The notes beneath the pieces were generated by a model that saw only the letters and a program-made list of their open reading frames with translations, was not told where the DNA came from and did no database searches. A stretch of 64,000 nt of DNA from Candidatus Bathyarchaeota archaeon (lineage in GTDB: Archaea; Thermoproteota; Bathyarchaeia; Bathyarchaeales; Bathyarchaeaceae), in the NCBI GenBank assembly GCA_050123155.1, contig JASFHP010000008.1, forward strand, positions 15,186 to 79,185, written 5' to 3'. Position numbers and translations under genes: made by a program. Below are positions 18,882 through 28,483 of this stretch, in pieces. The first letter of the stretch is position 1. Each line of letters opens with the position of its first letter.

Positions 18882-18916
18882 CATATTAGGAGACTAATAA
18901 AGGTACATTGTTGAAA
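18882..18916. repeat. Dispersed 35-bp intergenic element, copy B
   Basis: CATATTAGGAGACTAATAAAGGTACATTGTTGAAA, 34/35 identical to copy C. Confidence 0.85.
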
Positions 18917-18951
18917 AACAGCTTTTTCTACGATTCACAGGCAAAAACATT

Positions 18952-20199
18952 CTATGTGTACTTGTAGAATCCTTTTCCCGTTTTTTTGCCTGTCCACCCT
19001 CTTTGCACGTAATCTTTGAGGAGAGGGCATGGCTTGTATAATTCCGTTTTGTGTTGGCTGTAGGCTGTTTCCAGCTGATCCAGAATCCAATCTAACCCTT
19101 TATTGTCAGTGTATTCGCAGGGACCGGAAGGCCATCCTGTCCCCAGCTTCATTCCCAAGTCTATGCTCTCCGGCTCGGCAACATCCGCTAGAACCATCCA
19201 CGCTGCCTCGTTCACGGCAACAGCCCAGGATCTTTCAATGTCGTATTTTCCAGCCAATCTGGAGGGTATGCTGGGTCTGCCTTTGCTCCAGTCATAGAAT
19301 CCTCTTCCTGTCTTCTGACCCAGCTTCTTCTCCTCCACTAGAGGCTCGGTGAGTTCTAGGCATGGCTGGAATCTTTCGCCGTGGGCTTCATGCAAGATTT
19401 TGCTGACATCATATTCGAGGTCTACGCCAACAAAGTCAACGAGTTCGAACCAGCCCATGGGAAAACCGCCAATGTATTTTGCGGATGCGTCTATCTGCTC
19501 CATGGAGGCTTCTCCGCGACTGTAAGTCCAGAAGGCTTCGTTGAAAACCGCAACAAGGACTCTGCTGACAATAAATCCGCGAGCGTCCTTCTTGCATAGT
19601 ATCGGCGTTTTTCCAAGTTTTCGGCTGACATCCATTATGGCGTTTATGGTTTCGCTGCTGGTGTCGTTGCCCTTAATCACCTCAATCAGCCTAGTCAGCT
19701 GCGGGGGGATGAACCAGTGCATTCCAACGGTTTTTTCTGGTCTCGCTGTTGCCTTCCCCATCTCAGTTACACTCAATGTGGAGGTGTTAGTTGCTATTAT
19801 GGTGTGGGATGGCGATGTTTCATCAATCTTCGAGAAGACCAACCGCTTCAAGTCCATGTTCTCGGAGACGCATTCAACAGCTAAATCAATGTCAGCTGCC
19901 GCCTCATCATACAAGGTGGTTGTGGCGATTCTTGACAAAGCCGCCTCCGCCTCGTCCCTGCTGATTCTGCCTTTCTCCACAAACTTGTTCAGGCTCCACT
20001 CTATCTCCTGAACCGCCTTCCTCAGGCTGTCTTTGCTTCTGCTCAGAAGATTCACTTCGTAACCTTTCACGGCGAAAGCTTGTGCTATGCCATGTCCCAT
20101 CAGTCCAGTTCCAATAACAGCCACCCGCCGAATCTCTCTGTCTGTCGTCTTCTTCACCCTTTTTCTAGATTGGAATAAACTCATAGCTGGCTCTCTCAT
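18952..20199 (-). CDS. 3-hydroxyacyl-CoA dehydrogenase (two C-terminal domains, no crotonase)
   Basis: VIGTGLMGHGIA, ECVSE, ATNTS, GMHWF, LGQKTGRGFY and GKKTGKGFY. Confidence 0.9.
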   Translation of the reverse strand: MREPAMSLFQSRKRVKKTTDREIRRVAVIGTGLMGHGIAQAFAVKGYEVNLLSRSKDSLRKAVQEIEWSLNKFVEKGRISRDEAEAALSRIATTTLYDEAAADIDLAVECVSENMDLKRLVFSKIDETSPSHTIIATNTSTLSVTEMGKATARPEKTVGMHWFIPPQLTRLIEVIKGNDTSSETINAIMDVSRKLGKTPILCKKDARGFIVSRVLVAVFNEAFWTYSRGEASMEQIDASAKYIGGFPMGWFELVDFVGVDLEYDVSKILHEAHGERFQPCLELTEPLVEEKKLGQKTGRGFYDWSKGRPSIPSRLAGKYDIERSWAVAVNEAAWMVLADVAEPESIDLGMKLGTGWPSGPCEYTDNKGLDWILDQLETAYSQHKTELYKPCPLLKDYVQRGWTGKKTGKGFYKYT

Positions 20200-20605
20200 C
20201 AGAGGTGACCTTAGCTACGAGCCTAACCTTCATGCCCACTTTCACATCTTCTCTTTCCACACCAACAAGCCAAGCCAACGCTCTGACGCCCTCCCTGAGC
20301 CGAGCAATAACAACAATGTAGTCAGACTCCTCTGAGAAGCTGGCAGGCTTCACAACTATTTGCGTGAAGGTTTCGATTTCGCCCTCCCCATCCAACTCTG
20401 TCCACTTCAGGTTTGATGAGCCGCACTCCCCGCAATCAGCAACTGGAGGAAAATGTAGCTTTCCGCACTTCTGACATTTTGTGGCGTAGATCTTTCCTTC
20501 TTTGAGTCCCTGCCAGAACTTGGATGTTCTGCTTATGGGCAGACGGTAGGTTATGTGCAATGTTCTGGCGCTCTTCAATGTCGAAGGTTTGTCCACGTTT
20601 TTCAT
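20165..20605 (-). CDS. DUF35 Zn-ribbon/OB-fold thiolase partner
   Basis: CQKCG..HFPP..DCGECG followed by an OB fold. 4-bp overlap with the thiolase. Confidence 0.9.
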   Translation of the reverse strand: MKNVDKPSTLKSARTLHITYRLPISRTSKFWQGLKEGKIYATKCQKCGKLHFPPVADCGECGSSNLKWTELDGEGEIETFTQIVVKPASFSEESDYIVVIARLREGVRALAWLVGVEREDVKVGMKVRLVAKVTSDERASYEFIPI

Positions 20606-21759
20606 CTCCTCAATATAGTCACATAGCAGTAGTGTCCTGTTCCTCCAGTGTTGTGGGCTAACGCCGTGTAGTTTTTCATGGGAACCTGTCTCGCCCTCGG
20701 TTTTATTTCCTCTCTTAGCTGCTTCGTCAATTCCACAAGCATGGAGACTCCGGTGGTTCCGATAGGGTGACCTTTAGCCTTCAGTCCTCCATCAACGTTA
20801 ACTGGGATTCTGCCGCCCACCTCAGTTTCTCCCTCCCTAACCATTCTTGCTCCTTCACCTTTCACGCAAAAACCTAGGTCTTCATATGCCATGATTTCTG
20901 CTATGGTAAAACAATCGTGAACTGTCGCCACATCCACATCCTTCGGCGAGACACCAGCCATTTCATACGCCGTTCTTGAAGCCCTTACAGAAGCCTCTAG
21001 CCCCGCATAGTCTTCTCTTTTGGACAGGTTAGCTGTGTCAGAAGAGAATCCTATGGCTTCTATCCACACGGGCGCTTCTACCCCCAGCTCCTTCACCTTC
21101 TCCTCAGACGCCAACACGACGGCTGCAGCGCCATCAGTGATTGGACAGCAATCATAGAGCTTCAATGGCCACGCAATCACGCTGGAATCAAGCACTTTTT
21201 CCACGGTTATCTCATTTTGTAGGTGAGCCAGCGGATTCATGGCACCATACCGATGGTTCTTAACGGCGACCAAGGCGAGGTCTTCCTCTGTGGTACCATA
21301 CTTTTCCATGTGCTGAACTGCGTGGACAGCATAGTAGGCTGGGAAGGTCATGCCGAAATTCTCGAACTCCCACAGGTAATATCCTGCTCTGCCTATCATC
21401 TCCAATGCTGTTGGAGTGTCTATCTGCCTCATCTTCTCGACTCCAACAACCAACACCGCTTCCAGTTGACCGCTTGCTATTGCAGAGTAGGCGTTGAAGG
21501 CGGCGGCGCTTCCTGAGGCACAGGCTGCTTCACATCGGACCAAGCCGGCTCCTGTTAGTCCGCAGTATTCTGCTATGACAACGGCGGGTAAGGGCTCCTC
21601 TGACCAGACGCCCATCGAGCCCACAGCCATGTAAGGTATCTGTTTGGCTGTTAGTCCTGAATCTTGGAGGGAGGGTTGGACAGCCTCAAACGTCAACTCG
21701 GAGAGGTTAACGTCTGATCTGTCTCCGAATCTGCTGTGACCCACCCCGATGATTGCCAC
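20602..21759 (-). CDS. Thiolase (SCP2/archaeal type)
   Basis: EAACASG, HDCF, KGHPIG, HNTGG. Confidence 0.9.
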   Translation of the reverse strand: MAIIGVGHSRFGDRSDVNLSELTFEAVQPSLQDSGLTAKQIPYMAVGSMGVWSEEPLPAVVIAEYCGLTGAGLVRCEAACASGSAAAFNAYSAIASGQLEAVLVVGVEKMRQIDTPTALEMIGRAGYYLWEFENFGMTFPAYYAVHAVQHMEKYGTTEEDLALVAVKNHRYGAMNPLAHLQNEITVEKVLDSSVIAWPLKLYDCCPITDGAAAVVLASEEKVKELGVEAPVWIEAIGFSSDTANLSKREDYAGLEASVRASRTAYEMAGVSPKDVDVATVHDCFTIAEIMAYEDLGFCVKGEGARMVREGETEVGGRIPVNVDGGLKAKGHPIGTTGVSMLVELTKQLREEIKPRARQVPMKNYTALAHNTGGTGHYCYVTILRR

Positions 21760-21823
21760 TTTATTCGTGTTTCATCCCAGCCAAACCTTTGTTATTCTGA
21801 CCTACTTGGTGAAATTTAAGATT

Positions 21824-22972
21824 TCAATATGACCTGATTAGCTGCTTGAGGATGGCTAATCTTTGAATTTCGGATGTTCCCTCGTAGATTTCGGTTACTC
21901 TGGCGTCCCTGTAGAATCTTTCAACCCTGTATTCGCCTAGATACCCGTAACCGCCCAAAGTTTGAATCGCCGCATCTGTTGCCCTAACTGCAACATTGCC
22001 TGCGTACAGCTTTGCCATAGAAGTTAACATGAGATCCACCTTGTTTTGGTCAATGCTGCATGCAGCCTTGTATGTTAGCAGTCTTGCTGCCTCGATTTCG
22101 GTTGCTAGTTGGGCGAGTTTGGTTCCTATCTGCTGGAACCGGATTATGGGCTGCCCTGCGGATTCACGTTGTTTGGCGTGTTTGAGGGCGATTTCTAGTG
22201 CTCCCTGAGCTGTTCCCACTGCCTGAGCAGCGATGACCGTTCTGCTTATGGTAAAGAAGCCTATGGAGTGGCTGAAACCGTTGTTCAGTTCGCCTAGCCT
22301 GTTGCTGTTACTTACTTTCACGTTTTTTAGTTCGACTTCGCCTGTTGCTACACATCGGATTCCCATCTTGTCAGACAATTTGGTAACCGTTAGTCCCGAC
22401 TCCTCTTTATCTACTATGAACAGAGTTTGGCTTTTGCGTGGTTTGTCTCTGCTTCCTGTCTGACACAAAACGGTGATGAAATCGGCTATGGTCGCGTTTG
22501 TTATGAGAGTTTTCGTTCCGTTTACCATCCAACCGTTTCCATTCTTGGTTGCCGTGGTGTCCACCGTTGTTATGTCCGTTCCACGTTGTGGCTCTGTAAA
22601 GGCTGCAGCGGATATGATGTCTCCACGGCAGAGGGGTGGAAGGTAACGGTTTTTTTGTTCCTCCGTTCCGTGGAGGAGAATCAGGTCGCTTCCGAAGGTC
22701 CCGATCATGCACGCCAACCCAAGGGACGAGTCTGCTCGGCACATTTCCTCCATGGCTAAACAAGCCGCCAAGTAGCCTTGTCCTCCGCCTCCGTATTTTT
22801 CTGGGATAAATAGGCTTGGGAATCCTTGCTTTGCAGCCTTCCTGTAGAGTTCCATGGGAAACGTTTCTGTTCTGTCCAGCTGCAGCGCAACGTCTGTGTT
22901 GAACTCTTTTTCGCAGAATGTTCTGACATGATTTTTTAGTTTCTGCTGCTTCTCGGTTAGCCCGAAATCCAT
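21824..22972 (-). CDS. Acyl-CoA dehydrogenase
   Basis: FTEPQRGTD, NGTKTLITN, KMGIR, GGYGY, YRDAR..EIYEGTSEIQR. Confidence 0.93.
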   Translation of the reverse strand: MDFGLTEKQQKLKNHVRTFCEKEFNTDVALQLDRTETFPMELYRKAAKQGFPSLFIPEKYGGGGQGYLAACLAMEEMCRADSSLGLACMIGTFGSDLILLHGTEEQKNRYLPPLCRGDIISAAAFTEPQRGTDITTVDTTATKNGNGWMVNGTKTLITNATIADFITVLCQTGSRDKPRKSQTLFIVDKEESGLTVTKLSDKMGIRCVATGEVELKNVKVSNSNRLGELNNGFSHSIGFFTISRTVIAAQAVGTAQGALEIALKHAKQRESAGQPIIRFQQIGTKLAQLATEIEAARLLTYKAACSIDQNKVDLMLTSMAKLYAGNVAVRATDAAIQTLGGYGYLGEYRVERFYRDARVTEIYEGTSEIQRLAILKQLIRSY

Positions 22973-23068
22973 CAGAATTCACCAATAGGTAATCTGAATG
23001 GGGTGGGAGGATAAAACTGTTCTCGAATCTGAGAAATGCGGTTTCTGAGCTGGTTGCTTATAGTTAGT

Positions 23069-23404
23069 TTATCTGTCTTTGTACATTCTGTCTAGGGTTG
23101 CCCTTAGTTGCCGTATTTCCTGTTCTAGGTCGTTTACTTTGGCTAGGAGGTTGTTGAATGCTTCGTTGAATCTGACTTGATTTTCGAATGCTGTGATGAT
23201 GTCGTTTCCATGGTTTTTGAAGCCCTTAATCACAAACTCCATGAGAAACAGGAATTCGTTGTCCTTTTGGCTCAGCTGTCCTCTGGCTCGGAAACCATCT
23301 AAGAACGCTTTAGCCTTCAAATATGCATCTTCATTCTCTTTTCTGGTCTTCTGTAACCTCTGAAGCGCTTCCTTCTCATCCACAAGAAAACCCTCACTAC
23401 TCAC
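23069..23404 (-). CDS. Hypothetical coiled-coil protein
   Basis: 111-aa ORF with a heptad-like C-terminus. Confidence 0.7.
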   Translation of the reverse strand: MSSEGFLVDEKEALQRLQKTRKENEDAYLKAKAFLDGFRARGQLSQKDNEFLFLMEFVIKGFKNHGNDIITAFENQVRFNEAFNNLLAKVNDLEQEIRQLRATLDRMYKDR

Positions 23405-23469
23405 ATTCTATCTTTTCTAAGCATTTAATATTTAAGCTGAACTTGGAAAAATGCTACATAGAAAAAATT

Positions 23470-23591
23470 GAAACCATATTCGTGATTGATGCAATCAAGG
23501 GAGGAAACAGGAAGCCTGACGATGCAGAAAGAGCTGTCGGCGAAATGGTGAAGAAGGGAGCCAAAAAGCAACTCTGTCTGAGATTGCATAG
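23470..23591 (+). pseudogene. 3' remnant of a nicotinamidase/isochorismatase-like gene
   Basis: Reads ETIFVIDAIKGGNRKPDDAERAVGEMVKKGAKK, then TLSEIA* after a one-base shift. No plausible start or 5' part. Confidence 0.5.
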
Positions 23592-23775
23592 GTTCTGCTA
23601 ATTCAAGATTTGTTTTGATTAGGTGCACAAAATCAGCTTTTACATAAACTGTTAACTGTTTAGTTGACTTTTCACTTCGAATTTCTGAAATACCAATTGG
23701 CTCAATCACTCTTTGCGAGTTTCCATCCGTAACTAATTAAAGCATATCACAGAATTATTGAAACGGGGTCTTCAT

Positions 23776-24570
23776 ATGACTGATATACAAATCTTTGACC
23801 TTACTCCAGACAACATTGCCGATTACGGTGTTTGCGGATATAAAGACGTAAAAAAACATCTGGAACTAAGAAGAAAAATAGATTGGTTCAAGCAACTCTA
23901 TCCAAAGGGCTTAAGGATAAAAGCAATCCTGTCAAAAAAAGGCGGTTATCAAGGTATGCTTGAGTATATCCCCGGTAAGTATGCACACCGCCCTGTAGAT
24001 GCGGAAGGATACATGTTTATTCATTGCATCTTTGTCGGATTCAAAAAAGAATTCAAAGGAAGAGGTTACGCTTCTTCTCTAATCGATGAATGTATTGAAG
24101 AAGCAAGAAATTCGAATATGCAAGGCGTTGCTGTTGTTACAAGAAAAGGATCCTTTATGGCTAAAAAGGACATTTTTGTCAAAAAGGGTTTTGTTGTGGT
24201 AGATAAAGCAGAACCAGATTTCGAATTGTTAGCTTTAAAATTCAATCACAAAGCAAAAAATCCAAAGTTTAAGAATATGAAAAAACAGTTTCAGAATTAT
24301 GAAGAAGGACTGTTTGTACTCCGCTCAGTTCAATGCCCATATACTGAAAAAAACGTAAATGCAATCCTTGAATCTGCCAGGAACAAATTCAACTTGGAAG
24401 CTAAGTTGATAGACTTGAAAGATTCAACTGCTGTTCAAAATTCACCTTGCGCTTTTGGGAGCTTTTGCATTATTTACGATGGCAAAATTATAGCGCATCA
24501 TCCAATCAGTAATGCGAGATTTGAAAATATAATGAAAAAAGAGATGAATATAGAATCAAAAAAGGAGTGA
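23776..24570 (+). CDS. GNAT acetyltransferase with C-terminal YoaP-like domain
   Basis: LEYIPGKYA, IHCIFV, FKGRGYAS, QCPY, SPCAFGSF. Confidence 0.85.
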   Translation: MTDIQIFDLTPDNIADYGVCGYKDVKKHLELRRKIDWFKQLYPKGLRIKAILSKKGGYQGMLEYIPGKYAHRPVDAEGYMFIHCIFVGFKKEFKGRGYASSLIDECIEEARNSNMQGVAVVTRKGSFMAKKDIFVKKGFVVVDKAEPDFELLALKFNHKAKNPKFKNMKKQFQNYEEGLFVLRSVQCPYTEKNVNAILESARNKFNLEAKLIDLKDSTAVQNSPCAFGSFCIIYDGKIIAHHPISNARFENIMKKEMNIESKKE

Positions 24571-24674
24571 AAAAACAGCCTTCTTACAAACTGAAAAAAG
24601 GGGAGTTTTAGAACTATCACCAGAAGACACATTAGATCATCGTTTAATCAGTCTTTCAGCTTTTGATTCACAGG

Positions 24675-25412
24675 CTACTCTCTTCTTCTTTTGGTTCTGC
24701 TGCCGGCACTTCTCGCCGCGATTAAACCAACCTTTTTGCCTGGAGGAGCATTCCGCGACACAGTTGTAACCTTACGTCCACCCTTCTTGCTGCTACCATA
24801 AGGATGACAAGCGGCAATCATGGCGATGCCTCGGGTGCGAGGATACATGTGTCCCTTAGCCTTCATAAGATGAAACTTGCTTCCCGCCTTGAGAAAAGGC
24901 TTCTCGGTGCGACCTGCTCCTGAGATTACGCCAATTGTTGCTCGGCAGAGACTGTTCACGGACTTGGTTCTTTTGGAGGGAAGCTTCAAGATTGTTCCGT
25001 CAGGCGTGTGCGCTACGACGGTTGCGTAGGCTCCTGATGAACGCGCCATTTTGCCTCCGTCTCCGGGAGAAAGCTCAATGTTGCAGACCATAGTGCCTTC
25101 GGGAATCTTGCCCAAAGGAAGAACGTTTCCTATCTCCACGGAGGCTTCGCTACCGATTTGGGTGGGCTGTCCCTCATAGACGCCCTCTGGAACCACCGAG
25201 TAGTAGGTTTCACCGGTCTCAAGCTTCACGGCGACCATAGGCGCCCCTCTTCCGGGATCGTGGACTATGTCCTTGACTTGACCGTTGATGGCTCCTTCCT
25301 GTTGTTTGGCGGACATGGGAGGATACTGAGCCGGGGCTACCCTCTTGTGGGTTGATGCCCTGAACGTTGGGGTTCCTCTTCCGCGTCTTTGAACTCGAAT
25401 ACGTTTACCCAA
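24675..25412 (-). CDS. rpl2: 50S ribosomal protein uL2
   Basis: MGKRIRVQRRGRG, HDPGRGAP, RNAPPGKKVGLIAAR. Confidence 0.97.
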   Translation of the reverse strand: MGKRIRVQRRGRGTPTFRASTHKRVAPAQYPPMSAKQQEGAINGQVKDIVHDPGRGAPMVAVKLETGETYYSVVPEGVYEGQPTQIGSEASVEIGNVLPLGKIPEGTMVCNIELSPGDGGKMARSSGAYATVVAHTPDGTILKLPSKRTKSVNSLCRATIGVISGAGRTEKPFLKAGSKFHLMKAKGHMYPRTRGIAMIAACHPYGSSKKGGRKVTTVSRNAPPGKKVGLIAARSAGSRTKRRRE

Positions 25413-25473
25413 AATGATGCATCTTCCTTTGAAACATTCAGCTTCTACAGATGAAACTCCTTTTTAAATACTT

Positions 25474-26196
25474 TTAGTTTTCCTTTTCCGCTGTGTACCT
25501 TCGCGTTACAAGCCAGTATACCACAAAAATCACAGCTATCACCGCAACCACTCCCAGCAGCACGTAATTGAATTGAGTAACCATGCTCTGAAGTTCGGGA
25601 GGTATCTCTCCGGTTAGTTTGTAGTGTTCTAGGAGCTCTTGGAATGTTACTCCAAAAAAGCTGCCCAAAGTGGTGTAGAATAGTGCTCGAGGCAACGTGC
25701 CTATTATTGTGGGAATCATGAAATTCTTCAGTTTCATTGTAGTTAAGCCTGCACTGTAGGATATGGCGTCAAAGGGTATGAATGGTGCAAATCTTCCCAG
25801 CAGAATAGCCCAAGCTCCCCAGCGGTTAAACCAGTTATCTGCGAAGTTGATTCCTCTCTCGCCTACTAACTTTATGGCAAGTCCCCTGCCGCCTTTTTGG
25901 GCAATGTAGAAGCCTATCAATGCAGCAACTATTGATCCTAATGCGCCAACAAGCCATCCGAACGGGAATCCGAAGGCTAATCCTCCGGCGATTAGGACAA
26001 GCTCGGAGGGAACGGGGATGGCTATGGCCTGTATGATCATCATGACAAACAGGAGGGGGAGTCCTCCAGCTTGGAAAGATTCTATCACCCAGATTAGAAT
26101 ATCGTATATGAGCTGCGGGTAGACGAGAAGAGTCAGAGAAGCTACAATAACTAAAAGAAACACTATAGCGGGAAAAATTTTGGAGGAGCGTGGCAT
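25474..26196 (-). CDS. DedA/VTT (TVP38/TMEM64) membrane protein
   Basis: IPVPSE...GGLAFG, RFAPFIPFDAISYSAG, TIIGTLP. Confidence 0.88.
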   Translation of the reverse strand: MPRSSKIFPAIVFLLVIVASLTLLVYPQLIYDILIWVIESFQAGGLPLLFVMMIIQAIAIPVPSELVLIAGGLAFGFPFGWLVGALGSIVAALIGFYIAQKGGRGLAIKLVGERGINFADNWFNRWGAWAILLGRFAPFIPFDAISYSAGLTTMKLKNFMIPTIIGTLPRALFYTTLGSFFGVTFQELLEHYKLTGEIPPELQSMVTQFNYVLLGVVAVIAVIFVVYWLVTRRYTAEKEN

Positions 26197-26222
26197 TTTC
26201 GAAAACCAAAAGCCCCTATGCT

Positions 26223-26483
26223 TTAGATGATGCCTAGCTTGATGGCAACGTCAACTGCTTTGTAGTCTGGGTGCAGTTTCACAAAAGCTTTTTTTTCGCC
26301 CTCAGGAGTTATGGTGGAGTTGACCTTATCTACTACTACATCATAAAGCTCCTCTACCGCCAGCTTGATGTCCCGTTTAGTGGCTTTTATGTTGACGACA
26401 AAAACGAGTTTGTTTTCCGCCTCAAGTATGCGGCTTGTAACCTCTGTCATTACAGGATATCGGATAGTTTTGTATGGATCCAA
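26223..26483 (-). CDS. rpl23: 50S ribosomal protein uL23
   Basis: PVMTE, NKLVFVV, VNSTIT..GEKKAFVKL. Confidence 0.96.
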   Translation of the reverse strand: MDPYKTIRYPVMTEVTSRILEAENKLVFVVNIKATKRDIKLAVEELYDVVVDKVNSTITPEGEKKAFVKLHPDYKAVDVAIKLGII

Positions 26484-26484
26484 T

Positions 26485-27267
26485 CTATTTTCCTCCGAAG
26501 ACAGTCTCTAGTTTTTCAAAAGCTGAAGTCGTCCAAACTGTCAGTCTTCCCGGGTGGGTTCCTGGTGCCAACAGTTCAGCGTTCAAGTTCTCAACTGAAG
26601 CAACCTCTACGCCGGGAAGGTTTCGGGCTGCCTCGGCTATGCCTTCGTTTTTGGTTATGACCAGCAGAGGACCAATGGCTTGTTTCATCTTTCGCCCCCG
26701 CATCTTTCCTTTGCCTGCTCTAACCTTCCGGCTTTCTTTGACGCGGAAGATGTCTGGCCATACTCCAAGGTTGATGAGGGCTTCCTCAATGTCTTTGGTT
26801 CTTTTCACGCCTTGAATTTCATCCACGACAACCAGCGGAAAATCGGGAACATCCTCCACCATGTGACCTCTAGAAGCCACAATCTCTTTGGATGCTGTTG
26901 CCGCGATTGCTGAACGCAAGGCTAAACGCATCTCCTTTTTCGGAATCTTCTTTCTGATCTTCTTTTCAGTCACAGGAGGATGAGCTACTCTGCCCCCCAC
27001 AGTGCCCGGGGCGAATGCGGCTCGTTGTCCCCTCTCCTTCAATCTTGGCACACGTGATATTCCCAAACCCGCATGCCGGGACTCTGCTGTTGTTCGTTTT
27101 CCAGCCATGGGGTCTCTGCCTTGCGGTTGGAACCTGTGAGACTGGATGGCGACTACCGCCCGCTTTATTACGTCTGGTCTGCTGGGCGTATGAAAGATGT
27201 GAGGAAGATTAACTGTGGCTGCTTCTTCGCCATTCAGATCAAAAACTTTAGCTGAAATCTTACCCAT
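26485..27267 (-). CDS. rpl4: 50S ribosomal protein uL4
   Basis: QPQGRDPMAG, RAGKGKMRGR, LLAPGTHPGRLTVWT. Confidence 0.97.
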   Translation of the reverse strand: MGKISAKVFDLNGEEAATVNLPHIFHTPSRPDVIKRAVVAIQSHRFQPQGRDPMAGKRTTAESRHAGLGISRVPRLKERGQRAAFAPGTVGGRVAHPPVTEKKIRKKIPKKEMRLALRSAIAATASKEIVASRGHMVEDVPDFPLVVVDEIQGVKRTKDIEEALINLGVWPDIFRVKESRKVRAGKGKMRGRKMKQAIGPLLVITKNEGIAEAARNLPGVEVASVENLNAELLAPGTHPGRLTVWTTSAFEKLETVFGGK

Positions 27268-27281
27268 AGTTTACCACCATT

Positions 27282-28289
27282 CTATTTTTGCATTGACTCC
27301 AAAGATATGTAAGTGACGTTTGGCGGAGAGTCAGCCATCTTTGTGGGAGGACGAACTGGATACCGCAGCCGCACCAGACGTTTGGCGGGACCTGGAAGGC
27401 TTCCGTCCACGAGGAGGTATGTTCCTTTTACCTCTCCATAGTTCAGGAATCCACCCTTTGGAGTAACGGTTTTGCCGTCTATGCCGATTTTTAGGATGCG
27501 CTTGTTGTATTCGGTTCTTTGGTGGTAGCCCATCTGCCCAGCTCTGGGAACAGTGTATAGAACCCTTGCAGGTTTCCATGGTCCGATGGCGGCTACTCCC
27601 CGCTTGGTCTTTCTGGACTTGCGGGGCAAGATTTTGATTCCCCACCGTTTCACTGGACCTTGGAAGCCTTTTCCTTTGGTTATCGCCACCACATCCATGA
27701 AGTGTCCTTCTTTGAAAACGTCTGTAATGGAGACAGTTTTTCCTAGCAGGCTCTTAACGTACTCAAATTGCTCTTGGATTGAGCCTCCATCCACCTTGAT
27801 TTCTGTAATGTCCGGCTTCTTCTTCGGAACCGCTGCAAGCCTCGGCTGTGTTGCAGCCAATATGCGTATCTCCGCAATTTCCTCTATGTTCTCTTCAATC
27901 TTCTTCAACTTCTCTTCAGTGTTGAACTCTTCAGGTAAAACAAGGGCGCGGTCAAAATCCTTGGGTGGGCTTTTCATCCAAGCCTCAGTAAAGGTGTGTA
28001 AACCATACTGGTCTTTCGTGTAGGCGCGAATGGCAAAAACGATTATTGGGGGAACATCCAACACGGTCGCTGGATGCGATGCCTCTTTGCCAAAGGCTAG
28101 GGAGTCTGGCTTATCCTCTATCATCATGATGTGAGTCATTCCGGCTTTGTAGCCCATGAATCCGAGCAGGGTTGGGCCCTCTTCCACTTTGGGCCAGAAA
28201 CGGATTCTTCCCACCTTTCGTTTGGCGCGTCCCCTAGGTAAATATGCTAATGAGCCATGCTTAGGTGCATGCTTTTTTCTGTGACCCAT
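27282..28289 (-). CDS. rpl3: 50S ribosomal protein uL3
   Basis: HGSLAYLPR, GYKAGMTH, TKGKGFQGPVKRWG, GQMGYHQRTE. Confidence 0.97.
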   Translation of the reverse strand: MGHRKKHAPKHGSLAYLPRGRAKRKVGRIRFWPKVEEGPTLLGFMGYKAGMTHIMMIEDKPDSLAFGKEASHPATVLDVPPIIVFAIRAYTKDQYGLHTFTEAWMKSPPKDFDRALVLPEEFNTEEKLKKIEENIEEIAEIRILAATQPRLAAVPKKKPDITEIKVDGGSIQEQFEYVKSLLGKTVSITDVFKEGHFMDVVAITKGKGFQGPVKRWGIKILPRKSRKTKRGVAAIGPWKPARVLYTVPRAGQMGYHQRTEYNKRILKIGIDGKTVTPKGGFLNYGEVKGTYLLVDGSLPGPAKRLVRLRYPVRPPTKMADSPPNVTYISLESMQK

Positions 28290-28483
28290 ACTTGATATCC
28301 TTCTGTTGTGTTATTTCCAGTTCGTCTTTTCCAATAAGAACGTCAAGTTATAAATATTGCTCTGGGTTAAACCGAATCTTCCATAGACTGCACAGGAAGT
28401 GTTGAGTTATTATCTGTGGCTAACCGTCTCTAGCGTCGTGCAACTATAGACGACAACAAGAACATCTTTTTTTTGGTATGCTT

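Noticed and set aside
18826-24600. Integrated element at tRNA-Tyr (or at tRNA-Ala)
   Set aside because: No integrase, and I saw no duplicated tRNA 3' end (att site) in the window.
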